This document shows, piece after piece, positions 54,735 to 64,000 of a DNA stretch of 64,000 nt (position 1 is the stretch's first letter; every line of letters starts with the position of its first letter). The notes below the pieces were generated by a model. The model worked only from the letters and a program-made list of their open reading frames with translations. It was not told where the DNA came from and ran no database searches. This stretch comes from TPA_inf: Saccharomyces. Its lineage: Eukaryota. Position numbers and translations under genes: made by a program. The stretch is from the NCBI GenBank assembly GCA_000146045.2, contig BK006943.2, positions 544,001 to 608,000 on the forward strand, in the 5' to 3' direction.

Positions 54735-57700
54735 ATGCACGACGCAGAGAGTACCGTAGATTCTCTACTGAAGGAGATAGACAATGAAATGGAACAAACA
54801 AAGTCTAATATCACGCAAAATGGTTCCGAAGATACACCACACAACTGGAAGCTTCCGCTGCAGGAAATAGGCGATGATACCATGGAAATGTTGGTCAAAC
54901 ACAATACTAGGTCGAATGCTACAGAAAATAGTAGAGGTCGATCACCTTCTAAGATGTCTACCATCTCAAATGAAAGCCTTAATTTGGGTCTCTTACGTGT
55001 AAATTCGGAACTTGAAGAGTCTCCAGCCGCTGTGCATCAGGAACGGATTAAAAACTCTGTTGCCAACGGGGCACTTGGTCATGCCAATTCTCCCAAAGTG
55101 CTTAATAATCTGAAAAATATGGCACAAGATATAGATAAACTAGCCCGTGATGAGGAAAAGCCCGTAAAACTTAGCAGCTCTCCCCTTAAATTTACTTTGA
55201 AATCGACTCAACCACTGCTGTCGTATCCAGAATCGCCCATCCACAGAAGTTCTATTGAAATTGAAACGAATTACGATGACGAAGATGAAGAGGAAGAAGA
55301 TGCATACACATGTTTAACACAGTCACCTCAAATATTACACTCTCCATCAAGGATTCCAATAACTAACGCAGTGTCGATTAATAAGCTCAATCTTGATTTC
55401 ACATTGAATCCCAACGAATCAGACAAAAGTCTAGTATCTGACACCTCAGTTGATAGCACAGGACGAGAACTAGATACGAAAACAATCCCAGAATTACCAT
55501 TTTGTATGTCATCAACGCCCGAAATGACGCCAGTCGATGAGAAATGTAACCTTCCAAGTAAATTGTTGAACACTAGTAACAATTCACATTCTGATTCAAG
55601 ATCGCCAACAGCCTCTGTGGAGGATTTAAACATTTCAACGAATCTGCCGGGTGCTGATTCCAGCCAAAATAATCCAGTCACTACTGATGCGGATGCGCTT
55701 ATTGAAAACGATGTTGTGCGGGACCTTCAACAGAATATGGAACATATCGATGATGCTTTTGATGAGAAAAAAGTTCTTGACGAAGGTTGCAGCAATGAGC
55801 CCGTTACCTTTTTGGGTGAAAATGACACTAGGTCCATAGTATACTCTAATAAAGGGACCAATGCTAATGTTCAAGAATTTTCACAGGAAGATTCTCTAGC
55901 GCACAGTGAACCCAAATTCAAAGATCTTAATGCTACATCGGATGACGTATGGAATGAAGACAAAGAAACAGACGCAAATATTTCAACATCTACAAAGTCA
56001 GAGGAAAGCTACATTGCTGACTATAAAGTAACGAGACAAGAAGACTGGGATACCAAAAAGCTTCATCAAGAAAGTGAACATGCAAATGAACAACCGGCAA
56101 TAATTCCTCAAAAGGATTCTTCAGAAGAAACATTCACTGAACTAAATAATGAAAGTGAATTCCAAAGGAACTTTAAGGATGGAGAGGAATACCGAATCGT
56201 TCAACACGAGGAGAGCCTGTATGGACAAAGAACAAAGAGTCCAGAAGAAAATATAATAAATGGCAGTGAAATTGGTGTCGACCATGGAGAGGCCGCTGAA
56301 GTGAATGAACCATTGGCAAAAACTTCTGCAGAAGAACATGATCTTTCATCATCATGTGAAGATCAGTCGGTGAGCGAGGCTCGTAATAAAGACAGAATTG
56401 AAGAGAAGGAAGTTGAAACTAAGGATGAGAACATTGAAACCGAGAAAGATGAAAGTGAGTACCATAAAGTCGAAGAAAATGAAGAGCCGGAACACGTTCC
56501 CCTCTTACCACCCCTGCCAAGATGGGAAGAAATTCAATTCAACGAGCCATTTATAGATGAAAATGATACCTCCAATGATTCCATCGATTTAACCAGATCC
56601 ATGAAACCATCAGATTACATTTCTATATGGCATATCCAAGAAGAGGAAATCAAATCCAATTCACCAGAATCCATTGCCAACTCCCAATTTTCACAACAAT
56701 CCTCGATTACCACTGCATCTACGGTCGATTCTAAGAAGGATAATGGATCAACTTCGTTCAAATTCAAACCTAGAATAGTGAGCAGGAGTAGGATTTACAA
56801 TCCAAAAAGCAGAGTATCCTCATTGAATTACTACGATAATGAAGATTACATTTTAAGCAACAGTGAATGGAATGCACTCGACCCTATGAGAAGAAATACA
56901 CTCATCTCTAAAAGGATTCAAGATAACATAAGAACTCAAAAGGGTCACGCTCCACTTATTAGGCCAAGCATCATGAAACTTAATGGCGAAGATTCTGGTT
57001 TTCAGAATCATTTCTTGGAGGTAGAACAACCGCAAGAACACGAAAATATCCCATTAAGTACGCACCTAAGCGAACAAGATATCACAACAAATGTAGGCCT
57101 CGATGAACAGAAATTACCAACCAATACCCAGGACGAAGCTGAAATTTCCATTCGGGAAATAGAGAGTGCGGGTGATATCACTTTTAATAGGGGCGATTTA
57201 CTATCTTTATCCTTTGATGAGGAATTGGGTCAGGATTTTGCTAATTTTCTAGACGCTTTGGATCATGACTCCACATCTTTCAATCATGGGCCGGATGATT
57301 CATCCAGTTTTCAAAGAGACAGTTCAAAGAAAAGCTTCAATTCTCTTTGGGAAAGCAGTTACGAACTAAAACCGCCACCTTCCATAAGAAAGCAACCTAT
57401 TGCCCCCGACGTCCTGCAAAAATTATTAGAATCAGATACTAAAGATGACGCAGATTTGGAAAAAATTAGAGAAGAGCGTATAACTGAACCAAGGACTGGT
57501 TTGGGGATTGGAATGCTGAAAACACCAGTTAAGGATGTTTCAATTGCGCTAGCTGCAAGCATTAAAGGATATGAGGCAAGTTTCAGCGATACTGACTCTC
57601 GTCCAGAGGGCATGAATAATAGTGATGCCATCACTTTGAACATGTTCGACGATTTCGAAGAAGATAAAATGACCCCTTCCACTCCAGTTCGTAGTATAAG

Positions 57701-59078
57701 TCCAATAAAACGGCATGTTAGCAGTCCTTTCAAGGTCGTGAAAGCTGGAAACAAACAAGAGAATAATGAAATAAACATTAAGGCTGAAGAGGAAATAGAG
57801 CCAATGACGCAGCAAGAAACCGATGGTTTGAAACAAGATATTCCTCCACTGCTAGCGCAGACAAAAGATAACGTCGAAGCAAAAGAAGAAACGATAACTC
57901 AACTTGAAGAACCACAAGACGTTGAACAAGAATTTCCGGATATGGGAACACTTTATTTAAGTATAAAGGCTATTTCCACGCTTGCATTATATGGAACTAA
58001 GAGTCATAGAGCAACATATGCTATTGTTTTTGACAATGGGGAAAATGTCGTTCAGACACCCTGGGAGTCGCTTCCGTATGACGGTAACATCAGGATCAAT
58101 AAGGAATTTGAATTGCCCATAGATTTTAAAGGAAAAGCCGAAACATCCTCCGCTTCTTCTGAAAGAGATAGCTACAAAAAATGTGTTATCACATTAAAAT
58201 GTAAATATGAAAAACCTCGACATGAATTGGTCGAAATAGTAGACAAGGTGCCGGTGGGTAAGAGTTTTTTTGGAAAGACAAAGTATAAATTTGAAAAGAA
58301 GTATGTACAGAAAAAACCTAAACAAGATGAGTGGGATTATCTATTTGCACAAGACGGTTCATTTGCTCGTTGTGAAATTGAAATTAATGAAGAGTTTTTG
58401 AAAAACGTGGCATTTAATACCAGTCATATGCATTACAATATGATTAACAAGTGGAGTAGAATCGCAGACAAAATTCACGGCTCAAAAAGGCTGTACGAGT
58501 TACCACGCAAGGCGCCTCACAAAGTGGCTTCGTTGGATGTGGAAGCATGTTTCTTAGAAAGAACTTCTGCCTTTGAACAATTTCCCAAACAATTTTCATT
58601 GGTCAATAAGATTGTTTCCAAATACAAGTTGCAACAAAATATCTATAAAGAAGGGTATTTATTGCAGGATGGTGGTGATCTGAAAGGAAAGATAGAAAAC
58701 AGGTTTTTCAAACTGCACGGCTCGCAACTTTCTGGTTATCATGAAATCTCTAGAAAGGCTAAGATCGATATTAATCTGTTGAAAGTCACGAAAGTCCTAC
58801 GTAATGAAGACATCCAGGCGGATAATGGAGGGCAAAGGAATTTTACAGATTGGGTACTCTTTAATGAATGCTTCCAGCTAGTATTTGACGATGGTGAAAG
58901 AATTACTTTCAACGCGGAATGCTCTAATGAGGAAAAAAGTGATTGGTACAATAAGCTCCAGGAAGTTGTTGAGTTGAATGTTTTCCATCAACCCTGGGTG
59001 AAAAAGTATTGTGAAAAGTTAGCTGAGGAGGAAAAGACTCGAACAACCGGTCATAATTTGAAGCAAGATTTTAATTAG
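54735..59078 (+). CDS. BUD4: Anillin-like bud-site selection protein with C-terminal PH domain, 1447 aa
   Basis: MHDAESTVDSLLKEIDNEMEQTK...; long acidic/S-rich disordered region; C-terminal PH-like domain; length matches Bud4. Confidence 0.93.
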   Translation: MHDAESTVDSLLKEIDNEMEQTKSNITQNGSEDTPHNWKLPLQEIGDDTMEMLVKHNTRSNATENSRGRSPSKMSTISNESLNLGLLRVNSELEESPAAVHQERIKNSVANGALGHANSPKVLNNLKNMAQDIDKLARDEEKPVKLSSSPLKFTLKSTQPLLSYPESPIHRSSIEIETNYDDEDEEEEDAYTCLTQSPQILHSPSRIPITNAVSINKLNLDFTLNPNESDKSLVSDTSVDSTGRELDTKTIPELPFCMSSTPEMTPVDEKCNLPSKLLNTSNNSHSDSRSPTASVEDLNISTNLPGADSSQNNPVTTDADALIENDVVRDLQQNMEHIDDAFDEKKVLDEGCSNEPVTFLGENDTRSIVYSNKGTNANVQEFSQEDSLAHSEPKFKDLNATSDDVWNEDKETDANISTSTKSEESYIADYKVTRQEDWDTKKLHQESEHANEQPAIIPQKDSSEETFTELNNESEFQRNFKDGEEYRIVQHEESLYGQRTKSPEENIINGSEIGVDHGEAAEVNEPLAKTSAEEHDLSSSCEDQSVSEARNKDRIEEKEVETKDENIETEKDESEYHKVEENEEPEHVPLLPPLPRWEEIQFNEPFIDENDTSNDSIDLTRSMKPSDYISIWHIQEEEIKSNSPESIANSQFSQQSSITTASTVDSKKDNGSTSFKFKPRIVSRSRIYNPKSRVSSLNYYDNEDYILSNSEWNALDPMRRNTLISKRIQDNIRTQKGHAPLIRPSIMKLNGEDSGFQNHFLEVEQPQEHENIPLSTHLSEQDITTNVGLDEQKLPTNTQDEAEISIREIESAGDITFNRGDLLSLSFDEELGQDFANFLDALDHDSTSFNHGPDDSSSFQRDSSKKSFNSLWESSYELKPPPSIRKQPIAPDVLQKLLESDTKDDADLEKIREERITEPRTGLGIGMLKTPVKDVSIALAASIKGYEASFSDTDSRPEGMNNSDAITLNMFDDFEEDKMTPSTPVRSISPIKRHVSSPFKVVKAGNKQENNEINIKAEEEIEPMTQQETDGLKQDIPPLLAQTKDNVEAKEETITQLEEPQDVEQEFPDMGTLYLSIKAISTLALYGTKSHRATYAIVFDNGENVVQTPWESLPYDGNIRINKEFELPIDFKGKAETSSASSERDSYKKCVITLKCKYEKPRHELVEIVDKVPVGKSFFGKTKYKFEKKYVQKKPKQDEWDYLFAQDGSFARCEIEINEEFLKNVAFNTSHMHYNMINKWSRIADKIHGSKRLYELPRKAPHKVASLDVEACFLERTSAFEQFPKQFSLVNKIVSKYKLQQNIYKEGYLLQDGGDLKGKIENRFFKLHGSQLSGYHEISRKAKIDINLLKVTKVLRNEDIQADNGGQRNFTDWVLFNECFQLVFDDGERITFNAECSNEEKSDWYNKLQEVVELNVFHQPWVKKYCEKLAEEEKTRTTGHNLKQDFN

Positions 59079-59219
59079 AAGGTGATTAATGGAATGAAAA
59101 CAGCATATAATCTGATGACTGAGAGGTCTTTAGTTTAAAGATTAATTAAATACACATAATAAGAGTAAATACGTGAATCATGGACGATATATTTTTATTT
59201 CAATTTCACAGATCCCCAT

Positions 59220-60203
59220 TCATTTCGAATTTTGATTTTGATTTTGATTAGGCTGTTGGTTCATGGGTGGCATCATACCTGGCATGGGGAATGGTGGAAA
59301 GCTACCAAACATAGGTAAGGGTGGGAAGCTTGGATGCATTGGTGGAGCGGGAGGGTTTGGTGTTCCAGACATACTATTACCCATATTACTGTTCAGATTA
59401 GACATATTTGCATTGTTTACGTTGTTGTTGTTATCAATTATATTACCGAGGTTTGAGTCTGTATCATTCGCGGAATTCAACTTCCCTTGCTGTTGGAGGG
59501 ATAATAGGCCCATTAGGATCCTCCTAGGATTATAATCTTGTTGTAGTTTTTCCTGTCTATGTAAATACTCCATCCAGGTAAATTCGTTAAAACCGTAATT
59601 GAAATAATCACTTAAGTTGGCCCCCGGTTGCCTCCAGGGTTTCTCCTTTAATACTTCAGGATCTATTGTCGTTATGCCAACACTATCAAAGATTCCCTCT
59701 TTATCCAGGTCTATAGAACCAGTCATTGCTTTCGGTACATTTCCATCGCTCTCTGTAGCTTTTACGGTCGTTGCCGTTACACCTTGATTTGCTTCTCCTT
59801 CTGTTATTAGTCTTTCATCTGATGTCTTTGTGATGGTATTGGATACATCTGTAGCTACGCTAATTACGTCTTTGCTTGAAGATGTCGCTGCGGTAGAATA
59901 AGAATCGAGTAGTTTTGCATCTAACCTAGTAGGGTCAGGACCCAGACTTATGATAACCTCTAGGTCAGAATCACTATCGTCATCTGAGGAGTCAGAGTAG
60001 ATATCTTCATCAGAACGATCATCTCTGGCAGTAGCTGGAGTTTCTTCCACGGGAGAGTCGAATTTTTGCCTTTTAACTATATCAGGATTACTGGACGCAC
60101 CTGCGTCTGCTTCATCATCTCTTGATCGTTTAGATGAAGGTAGTGCTAATTCGGAGTCGGAACCATACAAGAACTTGTCGTCTTCGTCTTCACTGGAGCT
60201 CAT
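59220..60203 (-). CDS. FIP1: Pre-mRNA polyadenylation factor Fip1, 327 aa
   Basis: MSSSEDEDDKFLYGSDSELALPSSKRSRDDE...; acidic N-terminus, conserved Fip1 motif region (PWRQPGANLSDYFNYGFNEFTW), Pro/Asn/Gln-rich C-terminus. Confidence 0.93.
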   Translation of the reverse strand: MSSSEDEDDKFLYGSDSELALPSSKRSRDDEADAGASSNPDIVKRQKFDSPVEETPATARDDRSDEDIYSDSSDDDSDSDLEVIISLGPDPTRLDAKLLDSYSTAATSSSKDVISVATDVSNTITKTSDERLITEGEANQGVTATTVKATESDGNVPKAMTGSIDLDKEGIFDSVGITTIDPEVLKEKPWRQPGANLSDYFNYGFNEFTWMEYLHRQEKLQQDYNPRRILMGLLSLQQQGKLNSANDTDSNLGNIIDNNNNVNNANMSNLNSNMGNSMSGTPNPPAPPMHPSFPPLPMFGSFPPFPMPGMMPPMNQQPNQNQNQNSK

Positions 60204-60568
60204 TTAGAGAAATGCTAATAATTTTAGTGTAGGCAAAAGGAATAAGAATGCAAAGCACGATGGTGCGGTTTAACAAAGTGAATTTGGTGATGTACTCTCT
60301 CAAGATTTATGTCGCATTATTCGCTACGAAGGTTTTTCAAGATTAAAACGAATCTCCTTTCCCATCGCGACATACGATAAGGCTAATAACGCTACGGTAT
60401 TATGTCATGGAGCTTGAGACATTGAATACATATATATACCTATATATAATATATATATATGCAAATACACAAATTCTTAGCAATTTGAGTGAGACAATGG
60501 AAATAAAGAAATGAGTGTGAATGGATATATTTTGAGGGAAGGGGGAAGATTGTAGTACTTTTCGAGAA

Positions 60569-61651
60569 TTAAGAATAGGTTTTACTAAACTTGTAGGATA
60601 TTTCTTGAAACCTGACCTTGTCATAATAATCTTGATCATTAGAACTGCTGAAGGAGTAAGCCGCAGCATATCTTGACAGTTTGGAGTTCAACTTTTTTAG
60701 GAATTCTAACTCTTTTGAATTTAATTTTTGTAGTGATGGCGGTGGTGATTTTTCAACGTCGAAGGCAATTTCTAATGGGTAATAGTAGGAGGGCACCTGA
60801 GGTTCATCTATAAATGGATCTGCCTCATATACATTATCGGAGGCGTTGTTATTATTGCTGGTATTATTATAGTAATTACAATTAGTGCTTTTATGGTTGC
60901 TATAGTGACGATTATTAAAGGAATGTATGTTATCAGTATGTGGTGGAAACTGATCTTGATATTGGGAGTATGAATCCGTGTTTTTTGAATTTATTGATTC
61001 ATGAATATTTGTGGGTTTTGAATAGGTATAATTAGTGGTATATGGGTAGAAGTCTTGTGTGTATGGGAATTCATTGAATTCAAAATTTTCTTGGAATATT
61101 TTGATATCTTTTTGTGCATTTGTATTAGTTTCATATTTTATTGTGTCACTAATATCGATATCATCTCCATTTCTGTTGCTCTTTTGAAAGTTATCATGGT
61201 TATTGAATGATGAGTGGAACGTAGATGCGGATTCATCATTAGAAAAAAGAGATGATAATGAAGAGGATCTGGTACTTTCAGAGCTCTTTTTTCCTCTTTC
61301 AGGACCAGTTGCCATTGTGCAGTCCTTCGTAGTTTTCGTTTCCTTGGAAATAGGCTGAGAATCAATATTTTCCAAATTCAGAAACTCTTCATTGAACAAT
61401 ATTTGAGGATTAATTAAATGAATTGGTTGTGTATGAACCAAGTTCTGCAGCTGAGATGAGGCAATTTTGTCAGACTTTTCAAAATGCCAACTTCTAGGGG
61501 AAATTGTAGATCCAAAAGAAAAACAAGGACGGTCTTCTTGATCGGTGGTTGTGTCATAATAAATGTTAGGTTGTTGTTGCTGTTCAAAAGGAAAGAGGAA
61601 GAAACCATCTTCTAAGGCAGCGTGAAGTTTTCCATGCATATCCGCTTGCAT
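60569..61651 (-). CDS. IME1: Master transcriptional activator of meiosis, 360 aa
   Basis: MQADMHGKLHAALEDGFFLFPFEQQQQPNIYYDTTTDQEDRPCFSF...; followed upstream (higher coordinates) by a gene-free control region of more than 2.3 kb, as expected for IME1. Confidence 0.95.
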   Translation of the reverse strand: MQADMHGKLHAALEDGFFLFPFEQQQQPNIYYDTTTDQEDRPCFSFGSTISPRSWHFEKSDKIASSQLQNLVHTQPIHLINPQILFNEEFLNLENIDSQPISKETKTTKDCTMATGPERGKKSSESTRSSSLSSLFSNDESASTFHSSFNNHDNFQKSNRNGDDIDISDTIKYETNTNAQKDIKIFQENFEFNEFPYTQDFYPYTTNYTYSKPTNIHESINSKNTDSYSQYQDQFPPHTDNIHSFNNRHYSNHKSTNCNYYNNTSNNNNASDNVYEADPFIDEPQVPSYYYPLEIAFDVEKSPPPSLQKLNSKELEFLKKLNSKLSRYAAAYSFSSSNDQDYYDKVRFQEISYKFSKTYS

Positions 61652-62407
61652 TTTGTTTGTGGGGAGAGGAATAGAAAAGCTTTTCTTTTATTATTTTTTT
61701 CCTTTTTCACCAGTAATGGGTGCCAGTAGGAATTTGTTTCTCTGTAGGTGACTAATGACAGTAGTATATTATGCTTTTAATCTTTAACAATACTACTGGT
61801 CGATTTATAATATGATAATGTAAAATAAATCGTAATAGGATAGTCGATGTTTGTATCTACTTCACGAAACAGTTATGGTATACGGTAGTTTAAATATCTG
61901 AAGAAGCAAAAATACCGAACTACAAGGGAAGCATTTTGAGAAAAATATTAAGATCAAAAGATAATTAATTTACCTTAAATACATAAAAGAGGAAAAGTAA
62001 TATACAAGGTAAACAACAGGCAAGGAACAAGATCAAAAACGTCCGACCCCAATTTAGTAGTAAATTACAGTAAGAGAAAAAGGTATTGGGGCTGATACAT
62101 ATTAATTGTGCGTTGTTGTTGTTGTTTAATTTTAGATTGGCTATTATGAGTACACACAAAACGTTGTAAACGCAATCACCCATGGATAAGCGCTCCCTTT
62201 AAAATGCACTACGAAATCATTGATCTACTAACTTTAAACCGGACTTAAACCATCAAAGGGTGCTCTAGATCTCATCGATGTATTCTGATGCAGCCAAAAT
62301 TGCGCAATCAATCACGTTTCCCGATATAGAAAACTAATTGGCTGTGTTACGTGGCTGGGGGTTCTGTAATTCCTTTCTTCCCCGGTGAATCATCAAGATT
62401 GGGCTAA

Positions 62408-62436
62408 GCGCCTTTGATCCTTTCCCTCGAAGACGG
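62408..62436. repeat. 29-bp direct repeat, copy A (IREu-like, IME1 upstream repeated element), about -760 to -785
   Basis: gcgcctttgatcctttccctcgaagacgg; 28/29 identical to copy B, which lies 365 bp further upstream. Confidence 0.7.
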
Positions 62437-62772
62437 AAATGGGGCCGCAGGATAAAAAATGGTGTGTCTGTAATTCCGATTTTTTGCTTATGTAATCATG
62501 TAACTTTCTTCTAGTCCCTTTGCAGACATGCATGACACTTCCTTACCCGAATAGTGAGTTAGATCTGTGTTAGGATGCAGGATGGGCAGTTCAAAGGCTT
62601 TTCTTATCGTATCTTTACCTTTTCCTGTAACTAAGAAGGTTTTTGAGTGCATGTAAAGGCACATAAATGAAACTTTAATTCCCTGCGTATTTAAGACCCA
62701 AGAAGCCACCATGACGCTTCCTTGATGTTGTATCTACCCCCAATCCTGGCGCCCCCTCCTGCGGGCACGCAT

Positions 62773-62801
62773 GCGCCTTTGATCCTTCCCCTCGAAGACG
62801 A
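62773..62801. repeat. 29-bp direct repeat, copy B (IREu-like), carrying an STRE CCCCT, about -1120 to -1150
   Basis: gcgcctttgatccttcccctcgaagacga; contains CCCCT (Msn2/4 stress-response element core); an additional CCCCCT lies at about 62752. Confidence 0.7.
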
Positions 62802-63597
62802 AAAGTAAACAAAGATACGCACTTTTTTTCTCCAACGCAGTATTGAAGGTACCATCACATGCTTACTCACTTTGCGGCTGCTATAACACCGTGGCAGTGT
62901 AACGTTTTACCGTTTGTCCTTTGCTACCGCATTTTAAAGTGGTACAAGATGTTGAGAGAAAAGATTTCCTGCAGCCATGATTAGGAGAGGTAATAGCGGA
63001 TGACATCAACGAATAAGCTTTATCCAGCGGCTTGTATAGTTCTGTGTACACAATTACTGCCGGGCTCTCTGAGCATTTGCGTTTCTCGGGCTAGCTTCAT
63101 TACTTAGTAACTTCAAATTAATGAAATATTTAATTATCATGATTCCAAACAAAACTACTTTAATTTCAATCACATTTTTGTTATCTGCCTGAAACGATAG
63201 CTGTACGGGTACGTTCTTGATAAATAAAACTCAGTGTTTAAAACTCTCTTTTTACATCTGTTCGCCGATGATTGCTTGCTCGGAGGTACTAGTCATCGGA
63301 ATTGAGGAAATTCCTTTTCTCCTTTGTTTTCTCTTTATCCCCGCGTAAATACGCGGAATGCCAATAATCAAGTACACATTCTTTCTCCAAGTTGGCCAAA
63401 AAATAGTTCAAATTCTTTAAACTAAGCGCTATTAATTATTATTAATTATATAAGTTTGAAAATATCAATGCAGGACCCTATTTCTTCACGAGGGTGTATC
63501 CAGAAACGGTTTCTTATATAGTGTTGGCGCTCACTTTTTTCCTACCCACGTCTATATATGCAACGCCTACTTGTTTTAATCAACATCACAATTTTAT

Positions 63598-63610
63598 GCT
63601 TTTGAGGTAC
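63598..63610 (-). promoter_or_regulatory. Rme1 response element (proximal), about -1950 from IME1 ATG
   Basis: Minus-strand GTACCTCAAAAGC (plus strand gcttttgaggtac); matches the Rme1 zinc-finger recognition core ACCTCAAAA. Confidence 0.6.
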
Positions 63611-63678
63611 AGCAGTTAGCCGTACGTTTTCGGCAGTCGCTAAAAATGTAAGCGCGGCATTTACTGCCATTTAGTGGA

Positions 63679-63691
63679 CTTCTTGAGGTTC
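63679..63691 (-). promoter_or_regulatory. Rme1 response element (distal), about -2035 from IME1 ATG
   Basis: Minus-strand GAACCTCAAGAAG (plus strand cttcttgaggttc); second copy of the ACCTCAA core, about 80 bp from the first. Confidence 0.6.
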
Positions 63692-64000
63692 TTTTGACAT
63701 CCGCATTCTTGCAGCAAATACACCCCCACCCTTCTTTTATTGAGAATATCTACTGAACCTCCGTGAGGGAATACATTAATCAAATTACTCCAACACCATA
63801 CGGGCCGTGGCGGAAAGAACAGCATGATATAGATAATATATGATATGAATTGATTTTTTTTTCTTTTTTTCTTGCGGCTGGTATGGTATTGTAAGGATGA
63901 TAGTGCATTCTATGAGTGATTTTTGTGACGGTGACGTACGATCTCTATACCTTTTTAGCCGCCCATCTTCTGCCTTTCATTTTTATGCCAACCCTCCATC

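Larger units (their letters stand above)
62200..63580 (-). ncRNA. IRT1: IRT1, the Rme1-activated lncRNA transcribed through the IME1 promoter. Boundaries are approximate and cannot be read from the sequence.
   Basis: Inferred from the two Rme1-type sites at 63598-63691 lying just upstream (minus-strand sense), and from established knowledge that IRT1 initiates downstream of these sites and runs toward IME1. Confidence 0.3.
61652..64000 (-). promoter_or_regulatory. IME1: IME1 5' leader and multi-kilobase upstream control region (continues beyond the window edge)
   Basis: No credible ORF for 2.35 kb upstream of IME1; contains Rme1-type sites, STRE-containing direct repeats and A/T tracts. Confidence 0.85.

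Overview
This 64 kb window is nuclear DNA of a budding yeast. Gene order, orientation and protein lengths match a contiguous stretch of the Saccharomyces cerevisiae chromosome X right arm, from CDC8 (YJR057W) to IME1 (YJR094C) plus about 2.3 kb of the IME1 upstream control region.

I recognise 34 protein-coding genes with reference-like lengths: CDC8, APS2, PTK2, CBF1, YJR061W, NTA1, RPA12, CCT5, ARP3, TOR1, YAE1, RFC2, HAM1, LIA1, NPA3, OPI3, MOG1, HOC1, CDC11, MIR1, BNA2, AIM24, EAF6, ACF4, CSN12, TMH11, STE18, EMC2, BIR1, GRR1, JSN1, BUD4, FIP1 and IME1. There is also one putative intron-containing ORF, YJR079W, which lies antisense to AIM24.

I saw no tRNA, rRNA, Ty/LTR, CRISPR or foreign insertion. 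The supplied ORF track uses non-ATG start codons (TTG/GTG). Several of its starts (PTK2, CCT5, MOG1, BNA2, BIR1, GRR1, JSN1) are therefore artificial N-terminal extensions, which I trimmed to the first ATG that gives the known protein. Most long internal antisense ORFs are read-through of coding sequence.

The most interesting non-coding content is the IME1 promoter. It carries two Rme1-type response elements about 1.95 and 2.03 kb upstream of the IME1 ATG, the presumed IRT1 lncRNA territory, and a 29-bp direct repeat carrying a stress-response (STRE) motif, as in the described IREu element. Smaller observations:
- convergent gene pairs with extremely short 3' spacers;
- coding trinucleotide repeats in GRR1 and STE18;
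- the wild-type rapamycin-sensitivity codon in TOR1;
- candidate regulatory motifs (PRE, CACGTG E-box, PAC, CCAAT, MCB-like).

I find no evidence of a previously undescribed system. This reads as a well-annotated housekeeping and regulatory region.
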